A stretch of DNA of 62,586 bases from Acidimicrobiia bacterium (GTDB lineage Bacteria; Actinomycetota; Acidimicrobiia; IMCC26256; DASPTH01). Shown one piece after another: positions 25,453-33,783 of this stretch. Numbering within the stretch: position 1 is the first letter of the stretch; each line of letters starts with the position of its first letter. The notes beneath the pieces were generated by a model. The model ran no database searches. It had not been told where the DNA came from and worked only from the letters and a program-made list of their open reading frames with translations. The position numbers and the translations under genes were made by a program. The DNA lies in NCBI GenBank assembly GCA_036502765.1, contig DASXXX010000047.1, positions 1 to 62,586 on the forward strand, written 5' to 3'.

Positions 25453-25836
25453 TTGACCCACGTCGCGCTGACCGTGCGTGACCTGTCCGTGAGCGTCCCC
25501 TGGTACGAGGCGCTCCTCGATTCCGAACCGGTGATCGACGAGGACACCGACCCCGACCTGCACCACACCGTGTACCTCGTCGGCGGCGGGACCCTGATCG
25601 GTCTCCACCAGCACGGCACCCCGGCTCCCGCCGGTGGCTTCAGCGAGTTCCGCGTCGGCCTCGACCACGTGGCGTTCGGCGTGTCCGACCGGACCGAGCT
25701 CGAGAAGTGGGCCGCCCGCCTCGACGAGCTCGGCATCGAGCGCGGTCGCATCAAGGACGCGACCTACGGCTCGGGCGTGAGCTTCCGCGACCCCGACGGC
25801 ATCGCGCTGGAGTTCTTCGCACCTCCCTCCGCGTGA
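25453..25836 (+). CDS. VOC/glyoxalase-family protein (start uncertain; possible homopolymer frameshift)
   Basis: Domain begins LTHVALTVRDLSVSVPWYEALL. The in-frame start is TTG 25453. A better-placed ATG 25436 (GGAAG 5 nt upstream) is out of frame and stops at TGA 25454-25456 after MSEFPR. Confidence 0.65.
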   Translation: MTHVALTVRDLSVSVPWYEALLDSEPVIDEDTDPDLHHTVYLVGGGTLIGLHQHGTPAPAGGFSEFRVGLDHVAFGVSDRTELEKWAARLDELGIERGRIKDATYGSGVSFRDPDGIALEFFAPPSA

Positions 25837-25850
25837 CGGCTTCCGCGTGA

Positions 25851-25884
25851 CGCGTGACGCGTGACCAAGGTCACGCGTCACGCG
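25851..25884. terminator. perfect 16-bp-stem hairpin (terminator-like, no U tract)
   Basis: CGCGTGACGCGTGACC-aa-GGTCACGCGTCACGCG, built from CGCGTGA heptamer repeats. Begins 15 nt after the VOC stop. Confidence 0.55.
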
Positions 25885-25977
25885 CGCGTGGCAGGGGTCA
25901 CGGTGACTTCAGCGGGTCACCGCGGCCGCCGATGCCCTTCGTGCTGGCCGGGCGGGAGCGCAAGGGGCGACACCATC

Positions 25978-26397
25978 ATGTTCAAGCGTCGTGGAGCACG
26001 AGCCGAGGGACAACCCCGCTTCGGGGATCGCCGCAAGGCGAAGCGGCAGTCCGCCGGTTGGGAGGGCCGTTACCGAGTGGTCGACCTCGAGCGTGAGCAC
26101 CTGCACTACGCGGGTGACGACTACGAGGTGTGCCTGCTGACCGATCTCTCGATGGAGGGCGCCGGGCTCCATCTCACCGAGGGCGAGGTGACGGTCGGTG
26201 ACCACATCGAGCTCGATCTGCCGCTCGGCGACAACAAGCGGGCCAGCATCCAGGTGCGCGCCGAAGTTCGGCACGCCACCGCCGACGACGGAGCCCCGCG
26301 TGCCGGGCTCGAGTTCATCGACGTCGGCGATCTCGAACGCGCGCTCCTCTACCGCCTGCTGCGCGACCTGAACCAGAACGTGTCGCAGAGCGCCTGA
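25978..26397 (+). CDS. PilZ-domain protein (putative c-di-GMP receptor)
   Basis: Track ORF trimmed to ATG 25978. RRKAKR (RxxxR) followed by LLTDLSMEGAG (D-x-S-x-x-G). Confidence 0.6.
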   Translation: MFKRRGARAEGQPRFGDRRKAKRQSAGWEGRYRVVDLEREHLHYAGDDYEVCLLTDLSMEGAGLHLTEGEVTVGDHIELDLPLGDNKRASIQVRAEVRHATADDGAPRAGLEFIDVGDLERALLYRLLRDLNQNVSQSA

Positions 26398-26421
26398 AAC
26401 GGGCGCCTGAAACGGGCGCCC
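26390..26421. repeat. 13-bp tandem duplication containing the PilZ stop; also forms a GC hairpin
   Basis: GCGCCTGAAACGG x2, then GCGCCC. GGGCGCC (26401-26407) pairs with GGCGCCC (26415-26421). Confidence 0.85.
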
Positions 26422-26448
26422 GGAGCGCTCCCCCTACAGTGCGGGCCC

Positions 26449-27432
26449 ATGAGCTCGGTCCGTTTCGGTGTCCTCGGCGCGGCGCGCATCACGCCCGCCG
26501 CGATCGTGAAGCCCGCGCGCAACTCGACGGAAGCGGAGGTCGTCGGCGTCGCCGCGCGTGATCGTGCACGGGCCGATGCGTTCGCGTCCAAGCACGGCAT
26601 TCCGCGGGTCTACGACACCTACGCCGACCTGCTCGCCGATCCCGACCTCGATGCCGTCTACAACCCCCTCCCCAACGGACTGCACGCGGAGTGGACGATC
26701 GCGGCGCTCGAAGCCGGCAAGCACGTCCTCTGCGAGAAGCCGTTCACGAACAACGCGGAGGAAGCTGAACAGGTGGCGGCGGTCGCCGACCGCACCGGCC
26801 TCGTGGTGATGGAGGCGTTCCACTACCGCTACCACCCCCTCGCGGCGCGTATGCGCACCCTGGTCGAGAGCGGCGAACTCGGCACGCTCGAGCACGTCGA
26901 GACCGCACTGTGCTTCCCGCTGCCGAAGTTCTCCGACATCCGCTACCAGTACGACCTCGGTGGTGGCGCCACGATGGACGTGGGCAGCTACACCGTCCAC
27001 CTCGCCCGGTTGCTGGGGCTCGAGGAGCCCACGGTCACGTCGGCGACCGCCAAGTTGCGTACACCCGACGTCGATCGGGCGATGACCGCGGAGCTCGCGT
27101 TCCCGAGTGGCCACACCGGCCGCATCACCTGTTCGATGTGGTCGACCGACGTGTTGAAGACGTTCGTGCGCGCCCGTGGCACACGCGGCGAGCTGCACGT
27201 GATCAACCCGACCAGTCCGCAGGTGTGGCACCGCATGCGGGTGAAGGTCGACGGCGTGTCGCGCACCGAGCGCTTCTCCCGCCGCCCGACGTACGAGTAT
27301 CAGCTCGACGCGTTCACCGCCGCCGTGCTGCGCGGCGAACCGACGCTCACTCCGCCGGCCGACTCGATCGCCAACATGCGCGTGCTCGACGCGATCTACG
27401 TCGCCGCGGGCATGCATCCCCGGGGCACGTAG
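26449..27432 (+). CDS. Gfo/Idh/MocA-family oxidoreductase
   Basis: VRFGVLGAARI, ...EKP motif (HVLCEKPF), 327 aa. Confidence 0.85.
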   Translation: MSSVRFGVLGAARITPAAIVKPARNSTEAEVVGVAARDRARADAFASKHGIPRVYDTYADLLADPDLDAVYNPLPNGLHAEWTIAALEAGKHVLCEKPFTNNAEEAEQVAAVADRTGLVVMEAFHYRYHPLAARMRTLVESGELGTLEHVETALCFPLPKFSDIRYQYDLGGGATMDVGSYTVHLARLLGLEEPTVTSATAKLRTPDVDRAMTAELAFPSGHTGRITCSMWSTDVLKTFVRARGTRGELHVINPTSPQVWHRMRVKVDGVSRTERFSRRPTYEYQLDAFTAAVLRGEPTLTPPADSIANMRVLDAIYVAAGMHPRGT

Positions 27433-27444
27433 CGCACCACCACC

Positions 27445-28587
27445 ATGTTCCGACACGCGCGAGTGGGCGCAGTCGTCGTGGTCACCGCCCTTGCGCTCAG
27501 CGCGTGCGGCAGCTCGGGCGACGACGCCGGCCCGACTACGGACACGTCGTCGGTCCCGACGTCGTCGTTCACCACCGGGAGTGCAGCGACGCCGAGCACC
27601 ACCGCGGCCCGGGCGACCGCGCCGCGCACCTACGCGCCCGACGCGTTCGTGGGCGTCGACGCGGCGCTCGAGCAGCGAGTGGCGAACGCCGGGCTCCCGG
27701 GCGGGTACGTCCGCATCGTCGCCGACGACGATGCGGTGATCCACGAGCACGGCGTGGGGAGCGTGACCAGCGCGACGCCGTTGGACATCGCGTCGTCCAG
27801 CAAGTGGCTCACCGCGGCGACGTTCATGACCTTCGTCGACGACCACGCGGTGGGACTCGACGACGACATCGCCCGGTGGCTCCCGGAGTTCGCCGGCTCC
27901 ACGCCGCCGATCACGCCGCGCATGCTCATGGACCACACCTCCGGCGTGCACGACAACTCGTGCCAGAACGGCGGCGTCTCGCTCACCGCGTGCGTGCAGA
28001 CGTTGGCGGTCTCGTCACGGGAGTTCACCCCGGGGAGCGCGTTCTCCTACGGGAACTCGCCGTTGCTCGTGGTCGGTCGTCTGGTCGAGGTGCTCGGCGG
28101 CGCCGACTTCGCGTCGGTCGTGCAGCAGCGGCTCGCGGGGCCGCTGGGCATGTCGTCGACGACGTGGCCGGGCGCGCCCGAGGCTCCGAACCCCGCGTTC
28201 GGCGCGACCACGACCGTCGACGACTACGGACGGTTCGTGGCGATGCTGCTCCACGGGGGCACCGCCGCCGGCCGACGGATCCTCTCGCGCGCCGCGGTCG
28301 ACGAGATGGTGCGCAACCAGGTGGCGGCGTACGACACGACCCACGACTACTCCGTGGGCATCACCGGCATCCCCCGGTACGGGCTCGGGTGCTGGCCCGA
28401 CGTGGTCGGGAGCGACGGTGCCACCGAAGTGGTCAGCGGCAACGGCGGGAAGGGCCTCTACCCCTGGATCGACTTCACCAGCCGGACCTGGGGTGTCGTC
28501 GGGGTCCAGGACGACCGGGGCGCCGACGTCGCGGTGCCCGCATCGCAGCAGGTCGAGGTGGCGGCCCGCACCGCGGTCGACGGCTGA
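27445..28587 (+). CDS. serine hydrolase (beta-lactamase/PBP4-like fold) lipoprotein
   Basis: Lipobox LALSAC, intact SxxK (SSSK), Y-G-N motif (FSYGNSP). Confidence 0.75.
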   Translation: MFRHARVGAVVVVTALALSACGSSGDDAGPTTDTSSVPTSSFTTGSAATPSTTAARATAPRTYAPDAFVGVDAALEQRVANAGLPGGYVRIVADDDAVIHEHGVGSVTSATPLDIASSSKWLTAATFMTFVDDHAVGLDDDIARWLPEFAGSTPPITPRMLMDHTSGVHDNSCQNGGVSLTACVQTLAVSSREFTPGSAFSYGNSPLLVVGRLVEVLGGADFASVVQQRLAGPLGMSSTTWPGAPEAPNPAFGATTTVDDYGRFVAMLLHGGTAAGRRILSRAAVDEMVRNQVAAYDTTHDYSVGITGIPRYGLGCWPDVVGSDGATEVVSGNGGKGLYPWIDFTSRTWGVVGVQDDRGADVAVPASQQVEVAARTAVDG

Positions 28588-28647
28588 CGGGATAGCGTTC
28601 CGGCCAGTTCGCACCATCTGGGCACGACGAGACCGGGGGGAATCGTC

Positions 28648-29493
28648 ATGGCGATCGATCTGCAGGCCCCGCGACGGCGCCGCTCCGGAAGCACCGCCCG
28701 CTGGTGCGCCGTCCTGGTCTTCGGTTTCGTCGTCGGCGCAGCCCTGGTGCTCCTCACCGACTCGGACCCGAACGAGTCCTCGGTCTCTGCGACACCGACC
28801 GCCGCGAACGCCGCGACGCCGACTGCTGGTTCGTCGGCCGCGTCCTCGAACGCTGGTGTCACCGATGTCAACGGTGCGCACGTGCACGGCGTGAAGGCGC
28901 AGGACATCGCGGCCGAGACCCAGCCCGACGTGCCCCTCGACGCGCCGACGCGGGAGCTCGTCGCGCAGCAGCTCACCACTGCGCGCTCGCACGCGATGCA
29001 GTACCCCACCGTCGCCGACGCCACTGCCGCGGGCTATCACCTCGCCGGTGGGTTCGCGCCCGGCAGCGGGGCCCACTACGTGGGTGGGCCGATCACCGGC
29101 GGTGGAACGTTCGACCCCAACGCCGTGCAGTCGCTGATCTATGACGGCACCAATTCCACGTCCAAGATCGTCGGGCTCATGTACTACGCGATGGGTGACG
29201 CACCCGAGGGCTTCGCGGGGCCGAACGACCACTGGCACCGCCACAGCCACGTGTGCATCAAGCCGACTGCCACCGGCATCGACGTGCCGTTCCCCGCCGA
29301 CGCCGAGGTCTCTCAGGCGCAGTGCTCGGAGGTCGGCGGGCTCTTCATGTCGATCACCGGCTACATGGTGCACGCCTGGGTCGTCCCCGGGTGGGAGAGC
29401 CCGCAGGGCGTGTTCTCGCACGAGAACGTCAACGTGCGCTGCGCCGACGGGACCTACAACACCACCGCCAACGGGATGTGCCAGGGCACCTGA
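28648..29493 (+). CDS. membrane-anchored secreted protein of unknown function, His-rich (HWHRHSH)
   Basis: N-terminal RRRR + TM (WCAVLVFGFVVGAALVLL), Ser/Thr/Ala linker, then a globular part with NDHWHRHSHVC, GYMVHAWVVPGW and 4 Cys. Confidence 0.55.
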   Translation: MAIDLQAPRRRRSGSTARWCAVLVFGFVVGAALVLLTDSDPNESSVSATPTAANAATPTAGSSAASSNAGVTDVNGAHVHGVKAQDIAAETQPDVPLDAPTRELVAQQLTTARSHAMQYPTVADATAAGYHLAGGFAPGSGAHYVGGPITGGGTFDPNAVQSLIYDGTNSTSKIVGLMYYAMGDAPEGFAGPNDHWHRHSHVCIKPTATGIDVPFPADAEVSQAQCSEVGGLFMSITGYMVHAWVVPGWESPQGVFSHENVNVRCADGTYNTTANGMCQGT

Positions 29494-29496
29494 GTC

Positions 29497-29526
29497 ACCA
29501 GATCCGCCCCTACCAGATCCGCCGGA
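29497..29526. repeat. 15-bp tandem duplication of a gene 3' end (in-frame second stop)
   Basis: ACCAGATCCGCCCCT / ACCAGATCCGCCGGA. The minus strand reads ...RRIW-TAG-GRIW-TGA. Confidence 0.9.
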
Positions 29527-30730
29527 GCTGCGCACCCTCTCGTCGCGCGCGCAGCTGCGCGCGTCGTTCCTCGGGTGACACCACCGGTGTGTCGGCCGGG
29601 AGGTGCGCACGCACGTCGGCGACCTTCACCTTCTGGATGATCGGTGTCGGGTACTCGTTGGCCACGAAGAAGCGCATCTGGATGATGCCCCACGGGAAGT
29701 CGGCCTTGTCGAGCCAGTTCGGCACGCCCGGGTCGTCGTGCGAGATGACGGCACGGAACCAGCCGTCGGTGTCGACGTGCGCCTGCGCGTCGTTGATGCT
29801 CGACTGGCGATTCACCCAGTCGACGGTGGCGAAGCGGTCGTCGGCGACCAGCGCCTGCCAGTAGCGACACTCCGACGGGAGTGGCGTCTCGAGGATCAGC
29901 GCTTCGTCGTCGTCGATCTCGTGGATGCCGTCGTAGTACGCCTGGCGGGGCAGGCCGCCCATGTCGTCGATCTTGCTCGACCGCAGGAACGTGTTCACGC
30001 CGTGGTGCTCCCTGTAGTACCGCACGAGCCCCATGTCGAACTGGATCGTGCCCTCGATCCACGTCGCGAGGTCGGAGAACCGGCGCGCGGTGTCCTCGGG
30101 CGACATGTCGGCGCCGGAGCCTCCGGAGTTGTCGAGCCGGTTGATCGACACGCGGGCGTCGACCTCGTTGATCCAGTCGCACGAGCAGCGGCGCATGAGC
30201 AGCCGGACGGTCTGCTCGCGCAGCTCCCACCAGTCGCCGTCGTGACCGGCGGGCCGTTCGGCACTCAGTACCACGCGGAACCGGCCGTCGGAGTCGAGGG
30301 ACAGGTCGTCGAGGTCGTACGCCTGCTGCATCGACGTCCCGCCCCGACCCGACATGAGCTCCGGAGTCATGATGTCGTACGCCTGCGGCTGGATCTCGAC
30401 GAAGCGCGACGTACCGCGGAAGCCCGAGATCTCGTAGACGCCCTGCGGGTCGATCTCGACGGTGGAGTACACGTAGTCGGGGTCGGGACCACCCTGGTTG
30501 AACGCGTAGTTCCACAACGGCATGAACACAGGCCGGTCCGCGTCGGTGTACACGCGACACAGGTAACCCTCGGCCAGGATCGACAGCGCGAGCTTGTTCA
30601 TGTCCTGCGTCTCGGCGGCGGTGGCGCCGTCGGGCCGCCACGCGGCGATGAGGTTGTCGCCGACGCCCTCCAGCGCGCGCAGCTGGTCGGCCCAGGTGGG
30701 CAACCCGCCAAGAGATGCTGCTTCGGTCAT
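29510..30730 (-). CDS. DUF1214-like protein of unknown function
   Basis: Track ORF trimmed to ATG 30730 (MTEAASLGG...), which overlaps the sulfotransferase stop (ATGA). The family call comes from overall resemblance (NQGGPDPDYVYS, ISGFRGTSRF, CDWINE) and is tentative. Confidence 0.55.
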   Translation of the reverse strand: MTEAASLGGLPTWADQLRALEGVGDNLIAAWRPDGATAAETQDMNKLALSILAEGYLCRVYTDADRPVFMPLWNYAFNQGGPDPDYVYSTVEIDPQGVYEISGFRGTSRFVEIQPQAYDIMTPELMSGRGGTSMQQAYDLDDLSLDSDGRFRVVLSAERPAGHDGDWWELREQTVRLLMRRCSCDWINEVDARVSINRLDNSGGSGADMSPEDTARRFSDLATWIEGTIQFDMGLVRYYREHHGVNTFLRSSKIDDMGGLPRQAYYDGIHEIDDDEALILETPLPSECRYWQALVADDRFATVDWVNRQSSINDAQAHVDTDGWFRAVISHDDPGVPNWLDKADFPWGIIQMRFFVANEYPTPIIQKVKVADVRAHLPADTPVVSPEERRAQLRARREGAQLRRIW

Positions 30731-31878
30731 GGGTTCCCCTCGGTGTCGATGTCGAAGTGGTCGATGTAGAAGCGGTAGTCGTCGCGCAGCTTCGCGTCGG
30801 TCAGGCCGAACTGCTCGGCGGTGTAGCGGTGCGTGCCCTGGGCGCCGGACCGGTTGACGGCGGTCCAGTCGGCGATCGTCTGCTCCACCGACGGCACGAG
30901 CTCGTAGCCCAGGAAGTCGTACACGCGCTGGACGGTACCCATCGGGTCGGCCACGAACTCGCGGTGGTGCACGTCGAGGAAGCGGTCCTCCCCGATGCGG
31001 GCGCGCGCCGCGATCGCCTGCTCGACGCCGACCCGCAGGTGGTTCGACACTTCGCGTCCGAGCCGGTGGAGGTCGAAGTCGCCGGCCGGTTCGGGGAAGA
31101 TCGCCGACACCAGGCTGGCCCACGACGGCACTGCCTTCGCCGGATCGCGGTGCGTCATCACGAAGCGCACGTCGGGATATGCCGACACGATCGCGTCCAG
31201 GTGGAAGTTGTGGTGCGGCGCCTTGAACAACCAGAGGTGCGGCGGCCGTTGTGACTCGAGCAGCTTGATCACCCGACGGTGGTAGGCGTAGGCCTCGGTC
31301 GCGTCGGCCTCGCGCCACCACGCGTGGTACCCGTACACCGGCACCGTGTACTGCTGCCCGTGCACCGCCATGCCGAGCAACCACGTGTCCTCCACCGACG
31401 CGTCGACCTCGTAGAGGTGCATCGCCTTGAGCTCGGCCGGGAGCGCGTCGTTGTCGCGCTCGAGCTGCAGGCGGCGCGGGTCGGTGGCCTCACCGGCGAG
31501 CGTCGGCGGCGGGCACGGCTGCACCTGCTCCCACTGGCGCAGGCTGCGGAACTGCGGGTCGAGCGACAGCATGTTGGCCAGCGCGGTGGTGCCGGTGCGC
31601 GGCAGGCCGTTGATGTCGACCGGACCGAGCACCGGCAGGTCGTCGACCTCGGGGTGCTCCGCGTACCAGGCTTCGACCTCGAGCCGGTTCACCAGCCGGC
31701 GCCGGAGGTCGGCCACCACGTCGGCATCGGTCGAAGGGTCCAGGCCGGCGTCATGTCCGTAGCTCTCGAGCAGCACCTGCAGACCCTCGCGGAAGTCACC
31801 GGGGCCGAAGTCGTCGAGACCGGTCTCGACGGCCGTTGCCGCCAGCAGGTCGTCGACGCTGGGGTACCGGTCCGTCAC
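30727..31878 (-). CDS. PAPS-type sulfotransferase-family protein
   Basis: GTG 31878. 5'-PSB-like loop GLPRTGTTALANML, plus THRDP and later RxxS-type segments. Confidence 0.75.
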   Translation of the reverse strand: MTDRYPSVDDLLAATAVETGLDDFGPGDFREGLQVLLESYGHDAGLDPSTDADVVADLRRRLVNRLEVEAWYAEHPEVDDLPVLGPVDINGLPRTGTTALANMLSLDPQFRSLRQWEQVQPCPPPTLAGEATDPRRLQLERDNDALPAELKAMHLYEVDASVEDTWLLGMAVHGQQYTVPVYGYHAWWREADATEAYAYHRRVIKLLESQRPPHLWLFKAPHHNFHLDAIVSAYPDVRFVMTHRDPAKAVPSWASLVSAIFPEPAGDFDLHRLGREVSNHLRVGVEQAIAARARIGEDRFLDVHHREFVADPMGTVQRVYDFLGYELVPSVEQTIADWTAVNRSGAQGTHRYTAEQFGLTDAKLRDDYRFYIDHFDIDTEGNP

Positions 31879-31879
31879 G

Positions 31880-32797
31880 TCAGCTCCACACGCGGTCGGG
31901 ATAGAAGTGCTCGGCCACACGACGGAAGCCGTCGCGCCAGCCGACCGTGCACGGTCCCGTGATCGAGGTCCGCGCGGTGTGGTCGGCGACCGAGCCGTGT
32001 GACGCGCCCGGGATCTCGGTGACCACCACCTCGGGCTCCACCGCGAGCAGCTCACCGAAGAACGCCGAGTACTCCTGCACGCTGACCGGTTCGTCGCCCG
32101 CCCAGTTCACGATGGTGGCGGGAACGGTGGCGGCGTCGAGCAACGGTTCGAGGTGTGCGCAGATGTCGTCGTCGTGGATGGGGCTGTAGGTCATCGGGTC
32201 CCAGCGGGTGTGCACGGGTTCGCCCGCCGCGATGGCGTCGAGGTGCCAGACCGGCAAGCCGCTCTGGTCGCTGTACGCCGCGCCCATCCGGGCGATGGTC
32301 GTGGGGAGCCCGAACGAGCGCGCGCAGTAGCGGGCGACACCCTCTTCGGCGATCTTGGTGACCGAGTACGGCGCCGACGGCGGTGCCATGGCGTCGCCCA
32401 GTGGGTCGCCTTCGTGGAACGCGTGCCAGGGATCGGGATGCGGCTTGTACACCGTGACCGTCGACATCACCAGTGCCGCCTTGGCGTGGCGACAGTGCTC
32501 GAGCACGAAGCCCGTGCCCTCCGCGTTCACTCGGAGGGCGCGGTCGTAGTCGTCGGGGCTGAAGTCGGCGACGAGGTGCAACAGGTACGTGAAGTCGGTC
32601 GGCAGGTCACCGAAGTCGCCGTCGGACAGGTCGAGGGTGAGCGTCGTCACGCCGAGCGCCTCCACCTTGTCGCGGCTGGCCGGATCGGAGAAGCGCGCGA
32701 TGCCCCAGACGTCGTTGTCGGCAACGAGCGAGCGGGCCAGCCCGAACGCGATGCGCCCGGCCGGGCCCGTGATCAGGATCTTCTCGTCCTGCAGCAT
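31880..32797 (-). CDS. NAD-dependent epimerase/dehydratase-family protein
   Basis: ATG 32797 (MLQDEKILITGPAGRIAFGL), catalytic YSVTK. Stop lies 1 nt before the sulfotransferase start. Confidence 0.8.
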   Translation of the reverse strand: MLQDEKILITGPAGRIAFGLARSLVADNDVWGIARFSDPASRDKVEALGVTTLTLDLSDGDFGDLPTDFTYLLHLVADFSPDDYDRALRVNAEGTGFVLEHCRHAKAALVMSTVTVYKPHPDPWHAFHEGDPLGDAMAPPSAPYSVTKIAEEGVARYCARSFGLPTTIARMGAAYSDQSGLPVWHLDAIAAGEPVHTRWDPMTYSPIHDDDICAHLEPLLDAATVPATIVNWAGDEPVSVQEYSAFFGELLAVEPEVVVTEIPGASHGSVADHTARTSITGPCTVGWRDGFRRVAEHFYPDRVWS

Positions 32798-32853
32798 CGA
32801 CGGTTCCCCCTGGCCTACGTCCCTGGTCCGTTGCGCAGCGTCCCGGAGCGTAC

Positions 32854-33774
32854 GTGGTAGCCATGGCGCCCGTGCCGCCGCCACTCGACCAACGGATCCT
32901 CGCCTCGCTCGACGGCCTGCTCCACGCGTTGGAGCTGGCACCCACCGGCGACGACCGGTTCGTCGCGCCGCCGGAGCCGGACCGCTTCACGCGGGTGTTC
33001 GGCGGCCAGACCCTCGCGCAGGCGCTCCTCGCGGCCGGTGCCACCGTCGGCGGACCCATCGCCGACCACTTGGCCCCGCACTCGTTGCACGCGTACTTCG
33101 TGCAGGCCGGGGTCGCCGGCCACGCGGTGGAGGTCGCGGTGGAACGGGTGCGCGACGGCCGCACGATGGCCACCCGCCGCAGCACGGTGACCCAGGGCGA
33201 CCGGACCTTGCTCGTGGCGATCGCGTCGTTCCACGACAACCCCGACGAACCCGTGTTGGCCGATCCCCTGCTCGACGCGCCCCTCCCCCTCGACGTGCCT
33301 CTGCTGCAGGACTGGTTGCACGACCTGCCACCCGCGCTGGCGGGACACGGCCGCGCCTGGGTCGACCATCCGCCGCCGCTCGACCTCCGCATCGCCGAAG
33401 CGCCCACGTTCCTCGGCGGCACACCCGCCGACGGCGCACGCGCGCACTGGATGCGGTTGCCGCGCGACGTCGGTGACGATCGGCTGCTGCACACCGTGCT
33501 GCTCGCGTACGCCAGCGACTACCTGCTGCTCGACATGGCGTTCCGCTCGTACCCGGGAGAGGTGCCGCCCGGCGGGTTCGCCGCCGTGAGCGTCGATCAC
33601 GCGCTGTGGTTCCACCGCCCGGTGCAGTTCGACCGGTGGCACCTGCACACCCAGGAGATCGTCGCACTCGCCGGACATCGCGGGCTCGTCCGCGGTTCCG
33701 TGCACGACGAGGACGGCCGCCGCGTCGCCACCGTCATGCAGGAGGTGCTGGTGCGACCCAACGCGACCACGTAG
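32854..33774 (+). CDS. tesB: acyl-CoA thioesterase II
   Basis: 306 aa double hot-dog. RVFGGQTLAQAL, HSLHAYF, DHALWFHRP motifs. Confidence 0.75.
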   Translation: MVAMAPVPPPLDQRILASLDGLLHALELAPTGDDRFVAPPEPDRFTRVFGGQTLAQALLAAGATVGGPIADHLAPHSLHAYFVQAGVAGHAVEVAVERVRDGRTMATRRSTVTQGDRTLLVAIASFHDNPDEPVLADPLLDAPLPLDVPLLQDWLHDLPPALAGHGRAWVDHPPPLDLRIAEAPTFLGGTPADGARAHWMRLPRDVGDDRLLHTVLLAYASDYLLLDMAFRSYPGEVPPGGFAAVSVDHALWFHRPVQFDRWHLHTQEIVALAGHRGLVRGSVHDEDGRRVATVMQEVLVRPNATT

Positions 33775-33783
33775 CGTGCGCGC

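Noticed and set aside
4327-29526. Possibility that the short tandem repeats are CRISPR arrays
   Set aside because: The units are 12-15 bp and directly abutting, with no spacers and only 2-4 copies, and no cas genes are present.
26434-29610. 505-aa and 531-aa minus-strand ORFs (26434..27951 and 28015..29610)
   Set aside because: Antisense to the Gfo/Idh/MocA, serine hydrolase and His-rich protein genes. Arg/Gly-rich and domain-less.
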